A stretch of DNA of 48,092 bases from a virus, in IMG/VR virus record IMGVR_UViG_3300050500_000285; one strand, 5' to 3'. Under the pieces are notes generated by a model. It had not been told where the DNA came from and did not search any database. It was given only the letters and a program-made list of their open reading frames with translations. The number at the start of each line of letters is the position of its first letter. Within the stretch, counting starts at the first letter, position 1. Positions 25,474 to 32,091 of this stretch are shown one piece after another. The translations under genes were made by a program, and so were the position numbers.

Positions 25474-25643
25474 CGCATCAACCTCCCAGTTCGAATCTCG
25501 CGCTCCGCCTCGACCAGCCGCGCCGCCTCCAGGTAGCCGTTGCATGGTGCGCAGGACAAACCGAACCGCATTTCCCAGTCGGAATCGTCGAGGTCGACCG
25601 GAATGCTTCGCTCGAAGTGGGCTCGCGTCAGTTTTCGTCTCAT
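25470..25643 (-). CDS. Hypothetical protein (57 aa)
   Basis: ATGA overlaps at both ends. Confidence 0.5.
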   Translation of the reverse strand: MRRKLTRAHFERSIPVDLDDSDWEMRFGLSCAPCNGYLEAARLVEAEREIRTGRLMR

Positions 25644-25882
25644 AACCCACCTCCCGGGCCGACCAGCGACCACTCCAAATCCCTCAAACCAGGCCTGCGC
25701 TCGAGCATGCCTTCTCGGATACGCTCCACGTCCTCACGTGTCTCGGAACCGCCCCAGACCTCCCATGGGCCGCCTGGGCGCCGAAGGCAAATCACCCAGT
25801 GACGCTCGCGCCCGCGGCCCTTCGCCACGTAGCTCTGCCGAAGGGCGCTGCACGCACGCTCGTCCTCAGAAGCGTCGCTCAT
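25640..25882 (-). CDS. Hypothetical protein (80 aa)
   Basis: The ATG at 25882 shares one base with the stop of the TM micro-ORF (TGATG). Confidence 0.55.
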   Translation of the reverse strand: MSDASEDERACSALRQSYVAKGRGRERHWVICLRRPGGPWEVWGGSETREDVERIREGMLERRPGLRDLEWSLVGPGGGL

Positions 25883-25998
25883 CAACGCCTCCCAAGCCAA
25901 AGCGCAATGCCGAGAAGGCACAGCGCCACCACCAGGCAGCCGAGAATCAGGACCAGCAGCACCGCCAGCGTGATTGCGCCCCATGCCACCCTGGTCAC
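25882..25998 (-). CDS. 38-aa single-pass membrane micro-protein (VTRVAWGAITLAVLLVLILGCLVVALCLLGIALWLGRR)
   Basis: This ORF is not in the ORF track. It starts at a GTGA-coupled GTG. Third-position G/C is about 30 of 38 codons, whereas the overlapping track frame (MGRNHAGG...) is T-rich at third positions. It has a clean hydrophobic helix with a basic end. Confidence 0.5.
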   Translation of the reverse strand: MTRVAWGAITLAVLLVLILGCLVVALCLLGIALWLGRR

Positions 25999-26141
25999 CG
26001 CGGCCTCGCGCGCACCTGCCGAAGCGCAGCGCGCTGGAAAAAGTTGCGACCAGTGCGGCGCTTGCTGCCGTAGCGAAGCGTCCTGCGCCCAGTCTCGAAC
26101 TGCCTAATGGTGCGCTGAATCCACCGCGTAACGCTCGCCAT
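25995..26141 (-). CDS. 48-aa arginine-rich micro-protein
   Basis: This ORF is not in the ORF track. ATG at 26141 lies 3 nt after the RHH stop, with GGAGGG 8 nt upstream. Third-position G/C is about 37 of 48 codons. Confidence 0.5.
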   Translation of the reverse strand: MASVTRWIQRTIRQFETGRRTLRYGSKRRTGRNFFQRAALRQVRARPR

Positions 26142-26144
26142 GGC

Positions 26145-26324
26145 TCAGCCCTCCGCCGCAGTGCGCTTCTCGCGATCCTTGCGCAGCGCCTCGAGCCGGT
26201 TGAACGCGTACATCACGAGCTCGTCGGTCGCCTCGCTCAGCGACAGCGAGCGCTCTTTCGCGCGCGTAGCCACCACACGATGAGCCTCGGGTCCAATCCT
26301 CACCACTCGTCGATCCGTTGCCAT
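26145..26324 (-). CDS. Ribbon-helix-helix (Arc/MetJ/CopG-like) DNA-binding protein (59 aa)
   Basis: The sequence MATDRRVVRIGPEAHRVVATRAKERSLSLSEATDELVMYAFNRLE fits a strand-helix-helix layout. GGAGG lies 5 nt upstream of the ATG. Confidence 0.55.
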   Translation of the reverse strand: MATDRRVVRIGPEAHRVVATRAKERSLSLSEATDELVMYAFNRLEALRKDREKRTAAEG

Positions 26325-26344
26325 GTGCACCTCCAGATCGTTAC

Positions 26345-27481
26345 CTACCGCGTCGCGCCACTGGATGCAAATAGAATCCTCGCCGCGATGCCTGGCTGGT
26401 CGAACGACAGTGGGTACCCGACGGTGTGCTTTGCCGCCTGAATGCAGGCGAGCGTCGTATTGAGCCCGGCGTTGGTCACCACGACGTCGGCGCGCGCGAT
26501 CAGCGCGTAATGCGGCGCCCAGGGCACCACCAGCACGTCTTTGGCCCCGTAGCCATCCTCGCCGAACAGCTTCAAGCGCACGGCCGCGTACAGCTCGCGA
26601 ACGCTCACCAAAGCCCCATCGGCGAGGCCGTTGCCACCGGTCGAGACGACCACCTGCGCGCCGGTCTTGGCCGCCGCCTGGACGGCGTTGCAAATCGTGC
26701 TCACGGCCGCCTGGTCGTGCGCAATCGTGCCCATGCACACGTACACCAGCCCCCGCTCGGGCTCGAGCCAGAACCACGGAAACGGGACTTCTTCCTGGTC
26801 GCGCGTCACCCACGCTCCCGTGGCCAGGAACGGCGCCTCCCACGCGCGCGGGAAGTCGAGCCAGAAAGGCTGCTGAGCGACCTGCGCGCGGCCCACGTAC
26901 ACGCTGTTGCCATCGGCGTCGTGCAGCGGGATTCCGTGCGCCTCGCGGTAGCGCTCGAGATCGCTCCACACGTGTCGGAAGACCCACGCGAAGTAGTTCC
27001 AGCCAAGGCGGTCGCGCAGCTTCCCGGCCCAGCCGCTCGCCGGCTGCCAGGCAAAGATGGGCGGCGGAATGGCCGGGTCGTAGGACATCGACAACGCCGC
27101 GCAAAACGTCGCGTACGGCATCCCCCGCCGCGCGGCCACGAGGCAGGCGCCCTGCAGCGTCTCGTCGATCACGAGCGCATCCAGCTCGAGCTCGCCGCAC
27201 AGAAGGTCCAGGGCACCTCCAAGGAGCTGCGCGTTCGCCGCGCGCAGATACGTCGCCAGCGCTCGCAGCGCGGCCAGGCCGGACTCTTTCCCGAGCTCGG
27301 CGCGCCCCGGCGCCTCGGTCGCATAAAGCGCATGGCCGACCCAGAGCTTAGATGCGCGCTCATGCCCCGGCGGACGCGTCACGAGTATCGCCTGGTGTCC
27401 GAGATGGCCGAGCTCGCGCGCCAGCTCGATGGCTGGGTTCATGTGCCCCATCAGCTCTGGAACGACGACTCCGATTCTCAC
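26345..27481 (-). CDS. GT1-family (GT-B fold, MGT/UDP-glycosyltransferase-like) glycosyltransferase (378 aa)
   Basis: The N-terminus RIGVVVPELMGHMNPAIELARELGHLGHQAILVT shows the G-H-x-N-P motif. The C-terminal donor-binding region is VVVTNAGLNTTLACIQAAKHTVGYPLSFDQPGIAARI. The start at 27481 is set by a GTGA overlap. Confidence 0.75.
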   Translation of the reverse strand: MRIGVVVPELMGHMNPAIELARELGHLGHQAILVTRPPGHERASKLWVGHALYATEAPGRAELGKESGLAALRALATYLRAANAQLLGGALDLLCGELELDALVIDETLQGACLVAARRGMPYATFCAALSMSYDPAIPPPIFAWQPASGWAGKLRDRLGWNYFAWVFRHVWSDLERYREAHGIPLHDADGNSVYVGRAQVAQQPFWLDFPRAWEAPFLATGAWVTRDQEEVPFPWFWLEPERGLVYVCMGTIAHDQAAVSTICNAVQAAAKTGAQVVVSTGGNGLADGALVSVRELYAAVRLKLFGEDGYGAKDVLVVPWAPHYALIARADVVVTNAGLNTTLACIQAAKHTVGYPLSFDQPGIAARILFASSGATR

Positions 27482-27879
27482 GGCCGCACCGTGCCTTTCG
27501 GCCACCACACAAGCTCCCAGGTGGACTTGTCGAGGTCAGCATCCCAGCCGGCCTCACGAACGGCGCTCAGCACGTGCCTACGCGCAATAGACCATGCCTC
27601 CGCTCTTTCCGACGCTGACGGGAGCTCTTCGTGTACCTCGCGCGCGTCGTCTTCTTGCTGGGTAAGACTGGAGACTGATTGGCTGTACCTCTCGTTGAGC
27701 CGCGGTCGAAACTCGCGAGCAAGACACATCCCGCTATCGCCCAGAACCATCTTGCTGGCGATGGCGGACCGGATGCGCGCCTCGAACTCGATGGCCTTTA
27801 TGCTGATGCGCGTCTCCCTGGCTGCCCACAGCTGAGCTGGAGACGGGAGGCGATCGAATCCGCGCCCGTCGACGCTCAT
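27478..27879 (-). CDS. Hypothetical protein (133 aa)
   Basis: ATG at 27879 with a 4-nt overlap to the upstream gene. The longer track ORF is an Arg/Gly-rich shadow. Confidence 0.55.
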   Translation of the reverse strand: MSVDGRGFDRLPSPAQLWAARETRISIKAIEFEARIRSAIASKMVLGDSGMCLAREFRPRLNERYSQSVSSLTQQEDDAREVHEELPSASERAEAWSIARRHVLSAVREAGWDADLDKSTWELVWWPKGTVRP

Positions 27880-28196
27880 GGCCGCACCAGACCCATCACG
27901 ACCCCGAGCGCCTTGTGCGTGCAGCGCGCGCAGGCGATGCAGTCTCCCAGCAACACGCACGCCCACGTGCGCTTGCCGCACTCCGTGCAGCGCCGCGCCT
28001 CGACGAGCGTTTTGTCGCCCGTGAGCAACGCCACGTCCTCCGCCGTCGCGTTCGGGCCTACCAGGCACAACTGGTCGTACACGTCCTTTGCGCTCGTGCC
28101 GTCCTGGCGCACCGCCCAGCCTTGCGGCCCCTCGTGTCTGGCACGCCAGGCCTCCGCCGAGGCCAGTACCTGCGCGCTCTCGCTGAGGTCTTTCAT
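27876..28196 (-). CDS. Cys-rich Zn-binding-like protein (106 aa)
   Basis: The C-terminal segment reads CTECGKRTWACVLLGDCIACARCTH. It has a 4-nt overlap. Confidence 0.55.
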   Translation of the reverse strand: MKDLSESAQVLASAEAWRARHEGPQGWAVRQDGTSAKDVYDQLCLVGPNATAEDVALLTGDKTLVEARRCTECGKRTWACVLLGDCIACARCTHKALGVVMGLVRP

Positions 28197-28444
28197 TGCG
28201 CCGCCTCGCCTTCCCGGGCCCGCTTCGCGGCCATCGCCGCAGTGATGGAGCCGCGCGCCGTCATGAACTTTTCTCGCACGCTCGCGTAGGCTTTCTCGTG
28301 CTTTAGTGGCACAATCGCGGCGCGCTGCGAGAACGTTTCGAGCCTGGCCATCACGTACAACAGCGCGTCGACCTCCTGCTCGTTGAGGCTCATGCTGGCC
28401 CGCGACGGCGCCATGCCAGTGCCGTTCACCCTTCGCTTGCTCAT
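28193..28444 (-). CDS. Hypothetical protein (83 aa)
   Basis: Four-nt overlaps at both ends. Confidence 0.55.
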   Translation of the reverse strand: MSKRRVNGTGMAPSRASMSLNEQEVDALLYVMARLETFSQRAAIVPLKHEKAYASVREKFMTARGSITAAMAAKRAREGEAAQ

Positions 28445-28935
28445 TTGCCTTCTCCGAGAATCGCAAGAGCCGCGTCGTCGGCGCCGGCCTTTACCGCCAA
28501 CACCGCGCACCGAATCGTTTCGCGCAGGCGGGCCGCCTCGAGCGCTCCGGGGTGGCGAACGTGCGCCTTGATGGCGATGATGTCGTCCTCGGTGAACGGC
28601 GCCTTGGTTTCGAGCAGAACGCGCACGAGCTCGTCCAGGCGCGACACGGCCCGAGCCACGCCCTCCACTTCATGGCTCATGCGCGCCAGCGCGTTCGCAA
28701 GCATGGCCGTGTCCACCTGCGCTGTGTCCAGCACACCGCCGGCGTGCTGCAGGAACATCGCACGCTTGAGCTCGAGCTCCTTCTGCATGGCCTCGCCGCC
28801 ATCGCAAAGCGCGCGCTGGCGTTCGATCTCCTTGAGCACCGCCTGGTCGTGGTCGTCGCGCGGCGGGTTGAAGGCCACGCTGCTTCTTGGCCGGATAACA
28901 TCCGCGGCCGTGCCGATCTTTTCTTGCTCGTCCAT
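28441..28935 (-). CDS. Hypothetical helical protein (164 aa)
   Basis: ATG at 28935 is preceded by GGAGGGA. Confidence 0.6.
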   Translation of the reverse strand: MDEQEKIGTAADVIRPRSSVAFNPPRDDHDQAVLKEIERQRALCDGGEAMQKELELKRAMFLQHAGGVLDTAQVDTAMLANALARMSHEVEGVARAVSRLDELVRVLLETKAPFTEDDIIAIKAHVRHPGALEAARLRETIRCAVLAVKAGADDAALAILGEGK

Positions 28936-28936
28936 C

Positions 28937-29353
28937 TCATCCCTCCAGCACTTCCAGGTGTTCATTCCTGGAAGCAAAACCAAGGCGCTCGGCCATCTTG
29001 CGCAGGCCCACGCCACCACGGCGCCGGTCCACCACCATCACGGGGCGCACGCCGCCCGCGGTCACGACGGCGTACTCTTTTCCTACCAACATCAGAGCTT
29101 CAACCGCGGCGTGCGCGAGCGATGGCGGTGCCGAGTGGCTTGTGACAAGCCACTCGAACATCAGCAGCGGCCAGTGCTCGATGACGCCGACGCTAGCGAC
29201 GTAAGCGTGCCCGTGCCGAATCGAGAGCGCCGCGACGCTTGGATGTGGCTCACGCGGAATGAGCACGCCACGGCACTCGGCCGCGTATTTGGCGTATTCC
29301 CAATACGGAACACCGTCGACAATCAGGAAATCGCCCCGCAGAATCGGCTTCAT
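28937..29353 (-). CDS. Hypothetical protein (138 aa), weak GNAT-like motif
   Basis: ATG at 29353 has GGAG 8 nt upstream. The segment VVDRRRGGVGLRKMAERLGF resembles GNAT motif A (R-x-x-G-x-G). It is the first gene after a 190-nt gap. Confidence 0.3.
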   Translation of the reverse strand: MKPILRGDFLIVDGVPYWEYAKYAAECRGVLIPREPHPSVAALSIRHGHAYVASVGVIEHWPLLMFEWLVTSHSAPPSLAHAAVEALMLVGKEYAVVTAGGVRPVMVVDRRRGGVGLRKMAERLGFASRNEHLEVLEG

Positions 29354-29543
29354 GGCAGAACTCCGCAACGGCGAGCACCGCAACGACTACAGGCTGCGGC
29401 CAGGGCCAGGCTTTCACAGCTTCCGCGCAGTGCGCGAGCGACTAGCTGAGTCATCGAAAACACGGGTCACCTCGATCGCGCTCAGAAGGTTGTGCGCCCA
29501 GCTTGGCATCGAGCTCTACCCGCTGGTTCGAAAGGAGTGGTAC

Positions 29544-29666
29544 ATGACCAAGGTCTACAAGCGACAGCTGCGCTGGCTCACCGACGAAGAAGTCGGGCGC
29601 ATCATGGAGCTATTTCACAAGCAGCTACAGGACAAGCGCGATCGCTACGTCAAGCACGCGCTCTAG
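29544..29666 (+). CDS. 40-aa basic protein (MTKVYKRQLRWLTDEEVGRIMELFHKQLQDKRDRYVKHAL), the lone rightward gene inside the leftward block
   Basis: AAAGGAG lies 6 nt upstream of ATG 29544. Third-position G/C is about 33 of 40 codons. Its stop shares CTAG (29663..29666) with the converging gene. Confidence 0.5.
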   Translation: MTKVYKRQLRWLTDEEVGRIMELFHKQLQDKRDRYVKHAL

Positions 29667-29929
29667 CCGCCATCATCGTCCCACCCGCCGCGCCCATGGT
29701 TCCCCTGCCCGCCTCGGCCCTGCTGCCCACCGCCGGCCTGGCGCTGGTCTCGCGGAAGCTCGACGTTGATGTAATGCGAACCGCCGGTCAGCGCGACGCC
29801 AGGCGGCAGGTCGATGTTGCCGCGCGTGCCGTCGAACCACAGCGAGCCAATGCCGTTGACGTACCGCTTGGTGCCGCCCTTGTCCGTGTAGCAGATCGAG
29901 ATCTCGTAACGCTGCCTGCTCATGATCAT
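29663..29929 (-). CDS. Small protein with a Gly/Arg/Gln-rich acidic-ended tail (88 aa)
   Basis: ATGA overlap start. The C-terminus reads QAGGGQQGRGGQGNHGRGGWDDDGG. Confidence 0.55.
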   Translation of the reverse strand: MIMSRQRYEISICYTDKGGTKRYVNGIGSLWFDGTRGNIDLPPGVALTGGSHYINVELPRDQRQAGGGQQGRGGQGNHGRGGWDDDGG

Positions 29930-30195
29930 CCCGCCTCAGCGCAGGGAGTGCCGTCGCCCAAGGTCGGCTCCCGCCACGCGTCCATCTTATCTGCGCAAGA
30001 GCGAGCTTCGGCGGCCTTCTCAGGCCGGCCGCCGGCCGCCTCGTAGTCATCGGCCCATTTTCGGACCGCGGCCGGCGCGTGCTTGTCGCGCGCGCAAAGC
30101 ACGAACAGCGGCTCTCCATCGTCTGATTTGTTGATGCAGCTATTGGGATTGCTCAGTTCTTCTCTTTTCAACACGCTCTCACCATCCTTCCACAT
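29926..30195 (-). CDS. Hypothetical protein (89 aa)
   Basis: It overlaps the upstream gene by 17 nt. Confidence 0.5.
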   Translation of the reverse strand: MWKDGESVLKREELSNPNSCINKSDDGEPLFVLCARDKHAPAAVRKWADDYEAAGGRPEKAAEARSCADKMDAWREPTLGDGTPCAEAG

Positions 30196-30406
30196 CCGGC
30201 GGTTTCGGGTCCGGCCAAAGCTTGCGCTCAGCCAGTCCTAGCGCAGCCCGGCACTCGCGCGAGCACGTCATGAACGGCGTGCCACCGATGCGGCGGGCAA
30301 GCGTCATCTCCGGCGGTGTCAAGTGCACGTCCCACGCAAAATCGAGCTGGCCCGGCGGCGCCATCACGCCGCACTTGACGCAAAACCTGTCCGCCTGCTC
30401 AACCAC
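30179..30406 (-). CDS. Zn-ribbon-like protein (75 aa), first gene of the leftward block
   Basis: It contains CVKCG...CSREC. The start is GTG and the RBS is weak. Confidence 0.5.
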   Translation of the reverse strand: MVEQADRFCVKCGVMAPPGQLDFAWDVHLTPPEMTLARRIGGTPFMTCSRECRAALGLAERKLWPDPKPPDVEGW

Positions 30407-30480
30407 GCCCAGAAGCTAGACTGGATTCTAATCGGATGCAAGCGCTTGACTGGCTATTTGGATTCTATTATCGTCCAGGC
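30407..30480. promoter_or_regulatory. Divergent early/late control region, AT-richer than its surroundings
   Basis: It holds a TGGATTCTA direct repeat (30422..30430 and 30459..30467; the reverse complement contains TAGAAT). TTGACT at 30446..30451 is followed after 17 nt by TATCGT at 30469..30474. It lies between the two divergent gene blocks. Confidence 0.45.
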
Positions 30481-30648
30481 ATGCGTGAACCGGAGCGAGC
30501 CACGAAGAACCTGAGCGGCGTAAAGTGCACGCCGACCACGAAGGCGTCGATGATGCGGCTCTGGCGCAAGGAAGCGGCGCCGCAGGAGTCGTTCGGTGCC
30601 TGGGCGCGCCGCAAGCTGCTCACGCCGCAAGCCGCGGTGCAGCCATGA
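30481..30648 (+). CDS. Small basic protein (55 aa), possible RHH-like regulator
   Basis: The ATG at 30481 lies ~7 nt after the -10-like hexamer, so the transcript may be leaderless. The track start at 30436 is an alternative. The sequence LSGVKCTPTTKASMMRLWRKEA..SFGAWARRKLL fits a strand-helix-helix layout. Confidence 0.4.
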   Translation: MREPERATKNLSGVKCTPTTKASMMRLWRKEAAPQESFGAWARRKLLTPQAAVQP

Positions 30649-30932
30649 GAACCGTGACCGTCGAGCTGAGCGAAATCTTGTCGCTGGTATCGTGCGCCGA
30701 CGACTACGGGTTCGTGAACGACGTTCTCTTCGACGCGCTGGCCGAGTTCGCCGGCTACACGCTCTCCGACGAAGAGATTTCGGAGTTCGCCGGCAGCTTT
30801 CTGGAGCCCAAGCAGATCGAGGCCGGATACGGCCAAGAGGACGCCGACATGGCGGTCGAGCGCCTGGAAGAGTGGCGCCGCCGTTACTTCGACTCGGTTC
30901 GCGCGAGAGACTTCAGGGAGCGTCACCAGTGA
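30645..30932 (+). CDS. Acidic hypothetical protein (95 aa)
   Basis: ATGA overlap start. Confidence 0.55.
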   Translation: MRTVTVELSEILSLVSCADDYGFVNDVLFDALAEFAGYTLSDEEISEFAGSFLEPKQIEAGYGQEDADMAVERLEEWRRRYFDSVRARDFRERHQ

Positions 30933-31132
30933 AGTGCGACCGGCGCTGGTGGAACGATGGGCGTCTCGAGCGCGAGATTGGCGCGTTCGCGCGCGTCGAG
31001 CTGCTCGAGCCGCTTGGGTTTGACGGTGAGCCGTTCACGCAGCTCCACTGGTGGGAGCCGGAGGTTCGCTGGTACGTTTCGCCCTCGTTCCTGAAGACGG
31101 TTCCGACGATGTACATGGTGAAGGCGTGCTGA
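30929..31132 (+). CDS. Trp-rich hypothetical protein (67 aa)
   Basis: GTGA overlap start. Confidence 0.5.
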   Translation: MKCDRRWWNDGRLEREIGAFARVELLEPLGFDGEPFTQLHWWEPEVRWYVSPSFLKTVPTMYMVKAC

Positions 31133-31647
31133 CCGCTGACCAGCTCGTTCCAGGCGTAACCTGGGGGCCGCCTTGGCTCCTGTGGGGCCTCGGAGAGATG
31201 GCGGTGTTCGAGGCGCCCGGCGACAAGGACCACCCGCGCATCGTCTGGTACCACTCGCACACGGCGGCCGGTGCGGCGCCAGATTCGGTGGCCTGGTGTT
31301 CGTCGCTCGTGAACGCCGGGATGCAGTCCTGCGGGTACCCAGGCACACGCAACAAGGCGGCCTCGAGCTGGCTGCGCTACGGCGTTCCTTACAAGCTGTG
31401 CCTTGGAGGCATCCTGGTGTTCGGCAAGTCGGACCCGGACTCCAAGGGAACCGGTCACACCGGATGGTGCGCCGGCTGGTCGAGCGAGTGGGTGCTATGC
31501 CTGGGCGGAAACCAGCAGAACCGTGTTAGCGTCGCGCGCAGGCCAATCTCCGCTCTGCTCGACGTGCGCATGCCGCCTGCCTACCTCGCCGAGTTCGGCG
31601 ATCCAGCGTCGAAAGGAGTTCGGCCGGGCACCCCGCTTCGTACGTAG
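31126..31647 (+). CDS. Endolysin, NlpC/P60-CHAP-like (TIGR02594-type) peptidoglycan hydrolase (173 aa)
   Basis: The sequence reads PWLLWGLGEMAVFEAPGDKDHPRIVWYHS...VAWCSSLVNAGMQ...AASSWLRYG...GGILVFGK...GTGHTGWCAG...LGGNQQNRVSV, with catalytic-type Cys (WCSS) and His (GHTGW). Confidence 0.7.
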   Translation: MLTADQLVPGVTWGPPWLLWGLGEMAVFEAPGDKDHPRIVWYHSHTAAGAAPDSVAWCSSLVNAGMQSCGYPGTRNKAASSWLRYGVPYKLCLGGILVFGKSDPDSKGTGHTGWCAGWSSEWVLCLGGNQQNRVSVARRPISALLDVRMPPAYLAEFGDPASKGVRPGTPLRT

Positions 31648-31695
31648 ACCACCTGAAGACGGGGTGGGGTGCCTTGGTTGGCAAGAGGAGCAAGC

Positions 31696-32091
31696 ATGAC
31701 GAGAATCATCAGGGACCACCAGGTCAACGAGTGCAATGAGGCCATCACGATCAGCGCGGATGAGCCCGACGCGAAGTACGGCAATGCGAGTCACTGCTAC
31801 GTTCTTTCGATCACCCGCCGCTTTCCGGACACGGAGCAGGGCGAGCCGTCGTCGGAGACGTGGGGAATCCAGTTCCAGCGCGGTCCCATCAAGGAGGTTG
31901 GAGTCAACGGCCTCACGAACGAGGCGCTGCTCGCGGTGCTCATCGACCGGATGCGCGGGTTCCAGTCCGGCCCGTTCTCGTGCCAGGAAAACGCCATCGT
32001 GTTGACGCACCTTCAGGATGCCCAGCACTGGCTGTTGCATCGCACGCGGGAGCGCATGAAGCGAGGGGTGGAGGGTACGAACAAGGTCTAG
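31696..32091 (+). CDS. Conserved-looking small phage protein of unknown function (131 aa)
   Basis: GAGGAG lies 6 nt upstream of ATG 31696. The C-terminal part (FQRGPIKEVGVNGLTNEALLAVLIDRMRGFQSGPFSCQENAIVLTHLQDAQHWLLHRTRERMKRGVEGT) resembles a recurrent phage family that I cannot name. Confidence 0.65.
   Translation: MTRIIRDHQVNECNEAITISADEPDAKYGNASHCYVLSITRRFPDTEQGEPSSETWGIQFQRGPIKEVGVNGLTNEALLAVLIDRMRGFQSGPFSCQENAIVLTHLQDAQHWLLHRTRERMKRGVEGTNKV

Noticed and set aside
26145-27835. Long ORFs 26145..27200- (351 aa) and 26426..27835+ (469 aa) overlapping the glycosyltransferase.
   Set aside because: Only the last 59 codons of the first (the RHH protein, which has its own GGAGG RBS) look genuine. 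The rest of that ORF, and the plus-strand ORF, are Arg-rich shadows of the GT1 frame, which carries clear family motifs.
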